A stretch of DNA of 64,000 nt, from NCBI RefSeq assembly GCF_006345805.1, contig NC_042999.1, positions 96,782,001 through 96,846,000 on the forward strand, read 5' to 3'. Made by a program: the position numbers and the translations under genes. This document shows positions 27,440 through 40,707 of the stretch, piece after piece (within the stretch, counting starts at the first letter, position 1; every line of letters starts with the position of its first letter). This DNA is from Octopus sinensis (lineage: Eukaryota). The notes below the pieces were generated by a model. The model did no database searches and was not told the origin of the DNA. It saw only the letters and a program-made list of their open reading frames with translations.

Positions 27440-29575
27440 ATCTCGAGCAGAGATGCGGCAAAAGTACCCATAAAATGGAAGTCAGTGCGTGACCGTTTCT
27501 TAACGCCAAGGTTCAAGTGTAAGCTTGCAAAGGTAACTTTTGTGAAAGCCCATCCTCCAATATAAATTTTATGATGAACCACAGGAACTGTTGGATACCG
27601 AGTCCAGGCTCGGCATCAAAATAGTCGTTGAAGACATCAATACCCGATTTGATAGAAAGAGACGTCGAATTTTCTCGACTTTTGGACAGCATAGTTCTTC
27701 TGATAACAGAAATAATAACGGTACGAGACTGCTGACGATAAGCGGTTACTGTGTAATCTGCATCTGTAACACTTTCTTCGCTCTTAAACGAATCCATTAG
27801 ACGGCTAGGGTTTCAGATAAAGGAAACACAGCAAACCAGATTGACTACATTTACATCAGCATGAGGTGACGTTCATCCCTGCTAAACGTTCGTGCATACC
27901 GATGTTGATTTAGACCATAACTTAGAAGCGGGTAATGTTGTTTTGTAAGTCAAATAGCTGAAAATATCAAAGGCAGTACGACCATAAGCAACGGAAAAAC
28001 TTAAGCAGTAAGATCCAGTTCAATGAAACAAGAAAGAAGAGATTCCAGATTATGTTGGATAAAATCCTAAAGGAAAGTGGAAGTTGTTTCAGGAAGTCAT
28101 TACGGCTTCCTAGGAAGAGGTACTGGACAGGTGAAGGGGAACCATCAAACAACGTTGAGTCGCAGTTAATCCATGGAATTCGAATGATCAGTATCTACTG
28201 ATGACATTCCATTGTCTAAAGAGGCTTATACAATCTAAATCCTAAAGAACAACTATGCAGGTGTGCTTGATGTGGTGACTGCAGAAGTGCTGAAATTGAT
28301 ATAGCAAGGAACGAATTCACACATGTATTCAATCCTTTATGACATGACGAGGAAGTCCTTGGTGACTGGGAGCGTAGAGATGATCGACACCCTCTCCAGG
28401 AAAGGATGTTTAAGTGACTGCAACAATTGGCATGGAATAACCCTATTGTCTGTTTTTTCCAAGGTGTTCAGCAAAGATCATCTTGAAGCATTTGAACATT
28501 GCCGAAGACAAATACTTCAGGGATCATCAAACAGGTTTTCGAAGAGATGTCGTGGATAGAACAAACTCTCCTTTCGCAATATTACTGAACAAAGTCGGGA
28601 ATTTCAGAAATTGATCATAGTCAACTGTACCGATTTCAAGAAAACCTTCGATAGTGCCCACTGCGAGTCCTTGTGAAGGATCGTCGAGTTCTATGGTGTA
28701 CAATATCATACATTTGCTCTGCCGGAAGTCTAATTGTGTCAGTGCCCAAAACGGAAGCACTGTCATGTTCAACATGGTCAAAGCAGCGTGTCAAGGGTGT
28801 ATTCTATCAGCGATTTTGTTCTTGTTAATGGTCGAATTTATTATGACCCGGTCCATGAATAAATCGATCAATGAAATTAGCTGGAGACACAGTAGATTAA
28901 CAGGTTTTAACTTTACAGACGGAATCGGTCTGGTCAATTATACCTCCTGAAATCATGCAAAGGATGACAATTCTTTGTGACATCAACTCTCAATTTGGTC
29001 TCCCTATCAATTGCCAGAAAATCAAAAACTTTATACATAGGCAGAAAATCAACTCTAACCGATCAACCTTAGTTGTCAAAATATTGAATTTGTCGATTCT
29101 TTTAAGTAGTTAAGCAGTAATATTGGAAGAAATGGAAATGCAGGCTGCACTTGGCAAAGCGATGGCAGTTTTCCAACGATTAACACCAATATGGTCACGC
29201 CATCATTTACCATGAGATTAAACTTTGTCCATTTGCATCTAAGGCAAACGGATAGTTTTGCAATGCGGGGAAAATTTTCACTTCACAAATGATGAAACTA
29301 TCAGAAGAACTGATCTAAGTAAACTACACAGATAAATGAAGGAAGCTGCATGGTCATGTATTGCGTTTACTGGTGGAGAGACCGGCAAGGACAGACAAGT
29401 GGACAGCTGAAGTAGAAAGGAAGAAGAGAGACAGGCCGGTAAATACGTAGCAACGGACTGCGCAAAACACTTGACTGAGATTGGTGTCACCTGCGAAAAA
29501 AGATGCAATTTAGCTCAGAAGGATACTGCTTGGAGAACTTTCATCACCCCGATGCTCTTTGAGAGAACGGAAATA
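27440..29575 (+). pseudogene. Old, heavily mutated RTE-clade LINE (APE and RT remnants)
   Basis: WKSVRDRFLT, RNNNGTRLL, NQIDYI, NWHGITLLSVFSK, DFKKTFDS, QGCILSAILF. Confidence 0.75.
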
Positions 29576-29715
29576 ACACTCACACACACACACACAAACA
29601 CGCACGCACATACGTACACACACACACGCACACATGTACGTACATACATATATACATACAAACATACATACATACATCATACACACACACACACACACAC
29701 CCCACACACCACAAC

Positions 29716-29762
<47 letters not shown>

Positions 29763-30887
29763 ATATATATATTTATATATTATATATAAATATAATTATA
29801 TATATATATATAATTGTGTGTATATACCAGGAAATGGCAATATCGTCCACTCACTTTTCGCAGCTTCACAAACTTGTTCTTTTTTCACCAAATGTTGTTT
29901 CCCAAATGTTGATTCAAAGTTAGACACTAACCTGGCCAGATTATAGTTTCCAGGTAGTTTTTGAAAACCATTTCTCTGTTGCTCTTGCAGTATTATTTTC
30001 ATGAAATATACTCGGGATAGAATCTTTCAGAGATTATGAAAGGGCAACGTTCTATGATATAACTGCAAACCTCAAATCTGGATTCACCACTCAAGATAAC
30101 TATATTCTATATACTTGGTAAATAGTGCAATGTGTTCTTAATGTTTTGGGTTTTTGGTTCATCTTGTTAACAAAGGTTAACACATTGCTTAACATTCTTT
30201 TCAGTAGAATTAAAATCTCCTGATTGTTTCTGTAGGCTTTTCTTTCTTTCCATATGAGCTGAGTTTCGATCTTCTGGTGTCTGCACTTGTTGTGGTTCTA
30301 AGACATCCAAGATATTTTCTTCCTTACAGTAAAATCAGTTACCTCGAGGTATATATTTCTCTTTACGGCAAACAGAGAAAAAGTAATTTTCTTCTTCATT
30401 TGCTTGTGAATTTCTGAATATGTTGTAACTGCTTCATAAAGAATGAGAATTTTATTTTTAATATCCTCTTCAGCTTAAAATTTCGCTTCCATTAACGGCA
30501 CATCTAACAAGAAAGAGAAAAAAAGACGATTAATCAAGCTATCCAAGTTGTAATTAGAGCTATTTACGCACAACTTTTTATCTAAGCAGTAAAAGAATCT
30601 TCTTCCTTATATCAATTTAACAGAAAACTAGAAGTACATTTCTAGACGTTTTAGATGCTATTTTCAAACTTTTTCATTATCAGAATAATTTTACGCCTTG
30701 TCTAAGAGTACGCACCTTAAACCTAAATGATGAAATTATGTTAATTACCGGAGTTTCAGTTTCTTCAAAAACTCTATATGTAACTTTGTAAAACATAATT
30801 TACGGCTAAAACAATGCTATTAAGAGTATAAGAACCGTAACGTTTTGAGCAAATCTCCTATTTAAATGGTAAAATATGCAATGCTTC

Positions 30888-30944
<57 letters not shown>

Positions 30945-30952
30945 ATAGTATA

Positions 30953-31408
30953 ACTTTGATACTTACTTTTGATATGTCGGGCCATTATTGGCCCAGGCCA
31001 TGTCTAACTTAATAGCACCGACCTGGTGAAGTCTTTCAAGTCAGAATTTGGGCACTATGGCCCACTCAAGTAGAGAGTTATTGTTTACAGAGACATATCC
31101 GGGTAGGGGTTTATCCGGGATTTCTTGAAGGAATCTGTCCAAAGACTTCTTGAACCCTATAGGGTCAGTTTCTGTGTTTTAATGTGTTTTGGTGTAATGT
31201 TAAAGAGAGCGGGGCCAATTGAGGTGAAATAATTGTGCCGTATTGTTGTTATGAGATGAGAGTGCGATTTTTGTTTTGGCGGATGGCACGGGCCCAACTA
31301 TATATATTAGTTTAATCTAAACAAGAAAGTAAAAAAAACACAACAACGCGAGGACGTGGAACAAATATAGTATTATTGGACGCTCAGGAAAGAAGGAAAG
31401 AAGGAATC

Positions 31409-31450
<42 letters not shown>

Positions 31451-31763
31451 AAACAAAAATCGCACTCTCATCTCATAACAACAATACGGCACAATTATTT
31501 CACCTCAATTGGCCCCGCTCTCTTTAACATTACACCAAAACAGAAACTGACCCTATAGGTTCAAGAAGTCTTTGGACAGATTCCTTCAAGAAATCCCGGA
31601 TAACCCCCTACACCCGGATATGTCCTGTAAACAATACTCTCTACTTGAGTGGGCCATAGTGCCCAAATTCTGACTTGAAAGACTTCACCAGGTGGTGCTA
31701 TTAAGTTAGACATGGCCTGGGCCAATAATGGCCGAAACCTATCAAAGTATCAAAGTATCAAAG

Positions 31764-31764
<1 letters not shown>
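30953..31764. repeat. Inverted duplication (30953-31277 / 31450-31764) of a CR1/L2-group LINE 3' end
   Basis: Arms are reverse complementary; they encode HNYFTSIGPALFN and FKKSLDRFLQEIPD; tail (ATCAAAGT)3. Confidence 0.85.
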
Positions 31765-31794
<30 letters not shown>

Positions 31795-31847
31795 TCAAGT
31801 GCATGTCTATGTGTACACAAATATATTTGTGTGTATATATTTGTATA

Positions 31848-32296
31848 TCTTTCATCTTTTAATTGTTTTAGTCACTGGACTGTGGCCATATTAAGGCACC
31901 GTCTTGAAGAATTTTAATCGAATGAATAACTCCCGGTACTTACATTTTTAAAGCCTGATACTTATTCTATCCGTCTCTTTGGCCGAACTGCTAGATAACG
32001 GAGATATAAACACACCAGCACCGGTTGTCAAGCACTAGTGGGGACAAACACAGACACCAACACACATACACACGCACGCACACACATATAGTGCAGTCAC
32101 CGGCACGCACACACACACACACACAAACATAAATATATATGTATGACAGGTTTCCTTTAGTTCCCGTCTACCAACTCGACTCACCAGTCTTTGATCGGCC
32201 GGAGGCTATAGAAGACACTTGCCCAAGGTGCCACGCTGTAGAATTGAACATGGAACCATGTGGTTCGGAAGCAAACTTCTTGGTACATAGCCACAT
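31848..32296 (-). mobile_element. SINE family B
   Basis: Reverse complement of the family B head and tail (TAGAAGACACTTGCCCAAGG; CACCAGCACCGGTTGTCAAG). Confidence 0.78.
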
Positions 32297-32398
32297 GCAT
32301 GCATACATACACATATTCCTCCCTACTGGTTAAACGATATATATATATATACACACATACATATATATATGTATAGACACACACACACTTTTATATAT

Positions 32399-32436
<38 letters not shown>

Positions 32437-32442
32437 CATACA

Positions 32443-32473
<31 letters not shown>

Positions 32474-32538
32474 GAATATATATATACATATATACATAGA
32501 TAGGCACAGATATATATATATATATATGTATGTGTATG

Positions 32539-32591
<53 letters not shown>

Positions 32592-33094
32592 CACACATAC
32601 AGGGAGGGAATGATAGATTTGGATATCGATAGAAGGATAAATAGATAGACAGACAGACGTTTGTACATATAAAATGCGTGTAAAATGTTCGTATGTCTCA
32701 ATTTATTGTATAAGTCACATACTAATTAGGGCAATCTTATCTGATTTCTGCAATTATATATGACGCTGTTCCTATGACTGCACTAACATAAATATACACA
32801 CGAGCAAATACACGTATATACATGAGTGCGCGTGTGTGTGTATGACCGTGTGTGTGTGTATGTGTGTGTACGTGCGCGTGTGCTCTGTTCGTTGTTTATA
32901 CGTATAGTTGCCTGTATGCTTTTTTTTGCATGCGAAGCCCTATAATTAATGATATGCAATAAAGAAATAAGTATTTTGGTGTATATACAGGTATATACAG
33001 AAAAACACGCACCAGGCTATATGCATATGTATACATATGTAAACAAATGCATGCACATTCATGCACAAAGTTATGTATACATACATCCATGCGC

Positions 33095-33112
33095 TTATAT
33101 ATATATATATAC

Positions 33113-33168
<56 letters not shown>

Positions 33169-33686
33169 ATATATACATATACATATATACATATATATAT
33201 ACATATACATATATATATACATATATATATACATACATATATATATATACATATACATATATACATATATATATACATATATATATACATATATATATAT
33301 ATATACATACATATATATATACATACATATATATATATATACATACCTAAATATATATACGCACATGGATGTATGTATACACACACTCAACCACACACAC
33401 GCACACACACGCACGCACGCACGCACACACGAATATAAGAACAGACACAGTGTTAGTGATTGTATGAGACAAAGATCGTATGGATGTTGGCTTATGCGTG
33501 TATGTCTGTGTGTCTGTAATTTCCTGTGTGTGCAAGACGGGTTATGCGTGTGTATATGAGTGTGCGTGTGCGCGCGCCCGTCCCTAGGTGTGTGTGCTTG
33601 TGTGTTTGTATGATAGTGGGTGGGTCCTGTTTGTAGGATTTGCAGACGTGTGTAAGCACAAATGAATGAAGAGGTTTTATTGTATT

Positions 33687-33717
<31 letters not shown>

Positions 33718-33832
33718 TACACATATGGTAAAATTATGAGTGAAAGCATATACGTACAATACATATACTTAAGCACATATATACGCGTACAAACATATAT
33801 GTGTACAGAAACTTGCACACGCGTAAACACGG

Positions 33833-33865
<33 letters not shown>

Positions 33866-35219
33866 AACATATATATATATACATATGCATATATACATAT
33901 ATATATATGCATATGTATATATAATGTATACAAATATATATATATATTATATGTGTGTGTTATATATAATATATATATATTATATATATATATATATGTT
34001 GTGGTGTGTGTGTTGTATGTATACATACGTATATATATATATGTTTGCTGCTTTTAATAAAGCATAAGTTTTATAGATATATATACGCATACAAATATAT
34101 ATATATACATGTATATATATATATATATATACATATATGTATGTGTGTGTATATATATATATATATAAAACATATATATGTTATATATATATATATATAT
34201 ATATACTATGTATATACATATGTATATATATATATATATACATATGTATATACATATATAATATACATACATACATATGTATATACATATATATATAATA
34301 CATACATACATATGTAATACATATATATATATACATACATAATATGTATAATACATATATATATAACATACATACATATGTTATACATATATATATACAT
34401 ACATAATATTATATATACATATATATATATACATACATACATATGTATATACATATATATATATACATACATACATATGTATATACATATATATATATAC
34501 ATACATACATATGTATATACATATATATATATACATACATACATATGTATATACATATATATATATACATACATACATATGTATATACATATATATAATA
34601 TACATACATATATATATTACAATATATATATATACAACATACATACATATATATATATACATACATACATATATATATACATATATATATATACATACAT
34701 ACATATATATATACATATATATACATACATACATATATATATACATATATATAAATCTACATACATATTATATACATATATATATATACATACATACATA
34801 TATATATACATATATATATATACATACATACATATATAGATACATATATATATATACATACATACATATATATATACATATATAATACATACATATATAT
34901 ATACATATATATAATACATACATACATATATATACATATATAATACATACATACATATATATATATACATATATAATACATACATACATATATATATATA
35001 CATATATAATACATACATACATATATATATATACATATATAATACATACATACATATATATATACATATATATATATACATACATACATATATATAACAT
35101 ATATATATATACATACATACATATATATATACATATATATATATACATACATACATATATATATACATATATAATATACATACATACATATATATATACA
35201 TATAATATATACATACACA

Positions 35220-35255
<36 letters not shown>

Positions 35256-35320
35256 TATATATATATATATATATATATATATCTACATACTATACATATA
35301 CATATATATATATATATGAT
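33095..35320. repeat. ~2.2 kb compound (TA)n/(TACA)n microsatellite field with higher-order ~18-24 bp units
   Basis: Directly visible; source of dozens of spurious Y/I/H/T ORFs. Confidence 0.95.
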
Positions 35321-35787
35321 CGATATCCAACAAGCATATTGTAAGCTGCCAGGTTAGTTTATGCTAATCAGAGAATGGCTGTTACTCATCCAACTAAGAA
35401 ATGAGTCATTGGCGTGCTGACGTGAAATTTGATTGGCTGTTGTCTGCTTATACATACATGTACCTACGTATACATTCCCACGTGCGAACACACACGCACA
35501 CATACACATATACGTAGCGATATATATGCGCACGCACACACACACATATATATATATGTATATATCTATGTATGTTTAAGTATATATTTATTTGTATAAA
35601 TATATGTATGTGTGTGTATGTATATATATTATATATATATAATATATATGATATATATATATATGTATGTTATGTATATATGTATATTCATTTATGCTTA
35701 TTTCTACATACGTTATTATATGTATATACTGATATATGTGCGTGTGTGTGCATGCGTGTGCGTGCTTGTTTGTGTATACATACTTAC

Positions 35788-35818
<31 letters not shown>

Positions 35819-35979
35819 AATGCATGCATATATATATATATGTGTGTGTACATATACGTACATAAGTATGTGTGTGTGTGTGTGTGTGCATACGGTTGTA
35901 CTAATTATACATCTGATTGGCTGCTTGTAACTAAAAGCAAAAATCGATATCCACGCTCTTGGTGCTTTTCTATAAATAA

Positions 35980-36012
35980 TGATATGATGATGATGATGAT
36001 GATGATGATGAC

Positions 36013-36046
<34 letters not shown>

Positions 36047-36152
36047 CCGACGACGTCGACAACGATGATGATTATAACGCTGAGAAAGATGATGATGATA
36101 ATGATGATAACAGCAACTACAACAATAATAATAGTACTACTACTACTACTAC

Positions 36153-36216
<64 letters not shown>

Positions 36217-36460
36217 CTTTTCGAGCTTGTGCTCCAAAAGTTTTTCAGTGAGGAGGCCAGTCGATTAGATGCAACTGTACTTAATTTATCAACCACGAAA
36301 GGATGAAAGGAAGAAGAAGAAGAAGAAGAAGAAGAAGAAGAAGAAGAAGAAGAAGAAGGAGGAGGAGGAGGAGGAGGAGGAGGAGGAGGAGGAGAAGAAG
36401 AAGAAGAAGAAGAAGAAGAAGAAGAAGAAGAAGAAGAAGAAGAAGAAGAAGAAGAGAAGA
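35980..36460. repeat. Triplet arrays (GAT)n, (AAT)n, (GAA/GAG)n around a SINE A fragment (36216-36310, minus)
   Basis: Directly visible. Confidence 0.9.
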
Positions 36461-36461
36461 A

Positions 36462-36954
36462 GAATTGGATTTTCCAGTCAACACTGACAGAACGATCCGG
36501 GATAATCGACCAGATATAATTATTAAAGGCTGGGAAGTAAATACTTGCAGTCTAATAGATGTGTTCCCACTGATAAAAATATATCTGTAAAGGAATTTAA
36601 CAAAATAAGTAAATATAAGGACCTGGAAATTGAAATACAAAAGATGTGAGATCTTAAGTGAGAACTGTTCCTGTCATTGTAGGTGCCCTAGGTATGAAAA
36701 AAAAAAGAATGTCAGAAACATCTAGATAAGATCGCAGGAGGACTATATCTCAGAGAAATCCAAAAGATTGTACTGACAAGTACTGCCCACGTCCTTGGGA
36801 AAACCCTTTCCATTTAAACGTATGTGCTGTATTCCATGAAGATATTTCGCTACTTCCCTTCCCCAAGCTTTCAGTCATACTATAACATCCCTTGTCCTTC
36901 ACTCACCCCAAGACGCTGGGTGTATCTCGGCAAGTGACTGTAATAAATATTCAG

Positions 36955-36955
<1 letters not shown>
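36462..36955 (+). mobile_element. 3' end of an R4/Dong-like (restriction-like endonuclease) non-LTR element, family 1
   Basis: DFPVNTDRTIRDNRPDIII, KISKYKDLEIEIQKM, VPVIVGALG, EIQKIVLTSTAHVL; followed by (TAA)n. Confidence 0.75.
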
Positions 36956-36987
<32 letters not shown>

Positions 36988-37640
36988 GAGTGGATGAAGA
37001 CATTGCAACAGAGTGGATGAAATCATTTCCCATGACACGAACGAATGCCATAGACTTACCCAAAACCACTACAAGGTGTGGTGACACGACCAGGTAGAGA
37101 AAGTGCTCAACTGGAAACTGTGCGACAAGTGGGGGCTAGAGAGAGGCAAGACGTGGTATGAGCACAAACCGCAGAGGGTGGCAGAGTCAGAGATTTGAAT
37201 TTTCCAATCCAAAAAGATCAGGTGCCAGCGCATAACAAATCGGACCTAGCGGTGGTAGACAGATGCACCACATATGCTATATAGTTGATGTTACATGCCC
37301 CCATCACCCACGAATAGTCAAGAAAGAAGGAGAAAAGATAAACAGATACAACCCTCGTAAATACGAAATAGCCCGGCTATGGAAAAAGAAGAAGGTGAAG
37401 ATAGTATCAATTATAGTTGGGTTCTTGGGAACAGTGTCAGAAAGCATCAAGAGGAATGTAAAGGAAATTCGAATAGAGTGCCCAGTAGAACTGTTACAAG
37501 CGGTTTGCCTCCTTAGCACAGCCAGAATAATCAGGAAGGTATAAGATAGCTGAAAAGAGCGAATAGCATGGTACCGTAGGCTGAAGGTAGTAAGCCCGCT
37601 ACGCATGCATAACTCCCAGAGCTCCAACAAACCTAAAGAG
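36988..37640 (+). mobile_element. 3' end of an R4/Dong-like element, family 2, between (TAA)n tracts
   Basis: HDQVEKVLNWKLCDKWGL..WYEHKP, IVDVTCP, KINRY..KYEIARLW, IIVGFLG, CLLSTARIIRKV. Confidence 0.8.
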
Positions 37641-37698
<58 letters not shown>

Positions 37699-37723
37699 CA
37701 ACAACAACAATAATAATAATAAT

Positions 37724-38037
37724 ATGCCCTGATGAAGTACCAGGCAGTGACCCTCATGGCTTCTGATCTTAACTGATTGGAAGTGCTATCATGTACATTG
37801 TTTTGTCTTGGTATAAAAGATGGGCTACAGCAAATATTCTGCTTAATACCACTGAGTTGATTGTCAGTTGTTTGACCTTAACCAGTTGAGCATGTCCCTT
37901 ACTGGCTGACGATATGTGTATCTCTGATCACAAGCAGAAGTAGTGGGGAAGCATCATAGCCATGTGTTGAGAGGGGTTCTTTGGGGTTTGAATAATTCAC
38001 CTCTGGAAACATGGACGTTTTGTTCAACATCCTTAAA
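37724..38037 (-). mobile_element. SINE-like interspersed repeat
   Basis: Non-coding, bounded by (TAA/CAA)n tracts; resembles a recalled cephalopod SINE body. Confidence 0.45.
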
Positions 38038-38050
38038 CAACAACAACAAC

Positions 38051-38084
<34 letters not shown>

Positions 38085-38111
38085 TAATAATAATAATAAT
38101 GATAATAATGA

Positions 38112-38285
38112 TCCCTTCTACTAGTGGTACAAGGCCTGAAATTTGGGGATTGGGACTAATCAATCACATTGATCCCAATGCTTAACTGGTACTCATTGCA
38201 AGGATGAAAGTCATAGTCGAACCTGGTTGTATTTGAACTCAGAACGTAGAGGAGGTCGAAATGCTGCTAACACTTTGTCTAGCTA
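38112..38285 (-). mobile_element. Diverged SINE family A
   Basis: ATTTGAACTCAGAACGTAG and ACAAGGCCTGAAATTTGGGG. Confidence 0.65.
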
Positions 38286-38329
38286 ACAGTGATGTCGTTC
38301 AGCAGTAGCTGACCCTATATTTAGATATC

Positions 38330-39457
38330 TTCGAGGTCACAGACATTCAAACACTCTCTGAATGTTGCCATAACCGTGAGGGAGGGAGGTAAGTAGATAG
38401 GTGCGTACATATAGCAGTGACATCTGACTGATGAATTCTGTCTAATTTGCTGAAGTTTTCATTAGAAGTCAAATTAGGGTGTTTTTTAGGACGATCTTAC
38501 TGTTTGTCTCATTTTCTTTCCCACCTCGTTCACCACCACTGTAACCCTTTGTGTTGTGTTATGTACTCTATCAACAATGAATTGTTTATATTTTTTTTTA
38601 TGACGTTGGAGAAAACGAGGTGATTGAATGTTCACTATCACTATTACTGTTTTCTTCATTGTTCTTTCTTCTTAATGTTCTTCATTCTGCGTAATGTTAT
38701 TGCGATGGTTGTTCTTGTGCTTGTGTGCTTTCTCCACTTGCTTTTGATGTAATTGTGGATGGAATTTTCTTCTTGTTTCTTGTAATTTGTTTCAGTAACG
38801 CTTCTTGTTAAGTCTGTGGGTTTTCCTCTTGGCTTTGTTTTCGTATTTGTTGGTTTACTTCTTTTTTCCTGTATCGGTGGAGGTGGTTTTGGCTGTGGAG
38901 GTAGTAATAGTGGTGTACATGTTAGTGTGGATGTTGCTTCTATTGTCGATGGTGGTGCCGTTTCTGATGTTGTTCATATTGCTTCCGCTGGATTGGGGCT
39001 CACAATGGATGTGGGTATGTAATCTACTAAAAGCGCCAATATTCTGCTAGTAATTCCTTTGAGGTCATTGTCATCAACACTATCTTCAACACTATTGGAA
39101 TTCTTATTGTTATTAATAATGGTGGAATTGGCTGTGCTTCTTTTGGGCAACCATGATGTCGTTGCCACTGTTTAGAGAGTGAAAAGGGAAAGTCGCATTG
39201 TTTTTCCCCTTTATTTTGCTTTACTGAAAGGTCGACTTGGCTTCTCCACCCTCTTGTTTTTTTTTTTTGCTGTTATTTCACGATATCTGTTGCTTCAGTA
39301 AACATAAACGTTTTTGTTAAAATATAAATATTTTCTTTAAATAAATAGTTTTGAAAGTTAGAAAAACGAAATGAAACCGCAAAACGGTCTAAATGGGCCA
39401 AATCTACGACAATTATATTGAATCAACCGGGCGATAAAAAGTTGTAACTCACTCTTG
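38330..39457 (-). pseudogene. 5' end and ORF1 remnant of a Tx1-like LINE abutting (TTC)n
   Basis: Minus ORF MATTSWLPKRS... with a T/P/K-rich linker; EERTMKKTVIV and IEYITQHKG weakly resemble the EKTVIY and VRYVGRG motifs of the 50-kb ORF1. Confidence 0.4.
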
Positions 39458-39580
39458 AAGAAGAAAGAGAAGAAGAAGAAGAAGAAGAAGAAGAAGAAGA
39501 AGAAGAAGAAGAAGAAGAAGAAGAAGAAGAAGAAGAAGAAGAAGAAGAAGAAGAAGAAGAAGAAGAAGAAGAAGAAGAAG
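39458..39580. repeat. (GAA)n, ~40 units
   Basis: Directly visible. Confidence 0.95.
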
Positions 39581-40655
39581 AGATCGGCCAGACTGTTCGT
39601 CACTTCCTCCTAGTTCTTCAACAACTTGAGATATGTACCAAACCAGACCCCTGTCTCTCCGTCCAGCGTCCCACGACGTTATTGGGCAACATGGATCTGC
39701 CTCTCCAGATGTTGGACTACAGGCCAACTGACTTTCCTTGGTTAATTTTTGCTCCTAATACCGTCTCGTATTCTTTTAGAGCAGTGCCGATCAGATTTGT
39801 GTGCCTGTTGTTCGACATTATGAAGGGTGACATTGTCTGCATATGCTTACACGGTTCTCCTACTCTCTAGTTCGTTCAGGATGCCTAAGAATGCTTCACG
39901 TTTCTGCAGAAGAAGCTCCCGAACTCCGATAAATAATCATTCCCTTCAACAACCACCGAACAGATGTCGCTGTACATTGCGGCAATCTATTTACGAGCAA
40001 CGTAACTGAAACTAGCCACTGTGAAAACGGCCACCAAAGTATTGGTGATCGGCTCTATCGAAAGCTTTTCATTGGCTCAAATTGATCAGAGACCCACCCA
40101 TGCCAGCTTCTTTACCCACCCTGCATGAGGGGAAGATTGTCGTCGATAGAACTGCGCATCGTCAATGAGTTCTTCGACGGCCAGCGCCATCTCTTCGCCA
40201 ACACCTTGGCCAAAACTTTGATATTTGCGTTCAGCAGCGTTATGGGCCTAAACTTTTCTATTTCATCTCCCTTGTTTTGGTCCTTTCTTAGCAGTGCCGC
40301 CGCTCTGAAACTCACAGAACTAGGAATTCTCCCTTCTGTTGCTACTTGCGGTAGATATCTGCTAAGAGGCTGACAAACAAGTCTGGGATATAAGTTAAAG
40401 CTCGTAGGGCAGACCATCCTAACCAGGCGATTTGCCCTCCATGCAGCCCATCGTCGCACCTCATATTTCCGTGGCTATTAGCAGCATTTCGCAACGCTCT
40501 ACTCTCTTGCTGAGAGTTGTGGCATGCTGTTGAGGTAGGCATTGGAGTCTATCCTGCATTCCGATCTGTCATTCGTCCCACAGTTAAGTAAAATGCCGCT
40601 GAAATAACGCACACATCTGCTCGAGCTCGAGTACTATGCGCCCATTTTGGCCAAC
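39581..40655 (-). pseudogene. Degraded Tx1-like ORF2 (RT) fragment
   Basis: KGDEIEKFRPITLLNANIKVLAKVLAKR, closely similar to KGDNISNYRPITLLNVELKILAKVLAER in the intact element. Confidence 0.8.
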
Positions 40656-40674
40656 AAAGAAAGAAAGAAAGAAA

Positions 40675-40707
<33 letters not shown>

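Noticed and set aside
29860-30500. Possible Penelope-like N-terminal remnant on the minus strand (CRKEKYIPRG)
   Set aside because: Single weak motif with many stops; not supportable without a profile search
32896-35220. Many long ORFs rich in Y/I/C/M/H/T (here and throughout the window)
   Set aside because: Translations of (TA)n/(TACA)n/(GATA)n arrays, which lack stop codons in some frames; no coding signal
34380-35220. Regular repeat units superficially like a CRISPR array
   Set aside because: No unique spacers, eukaryotic context, units are microsatellite variants
36269-36640. Poly-K/E, poly-R and poly-L ORFs
   Set aside because: (GAA/GAG)n triplet repeat; only the downstream RLE fragment is real
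37726-37740. CTGATGAAG resembling a hammerhead core
   Set aside because: No stem II and no downstream GAAA-N-UH; part of a SINE-like repeat
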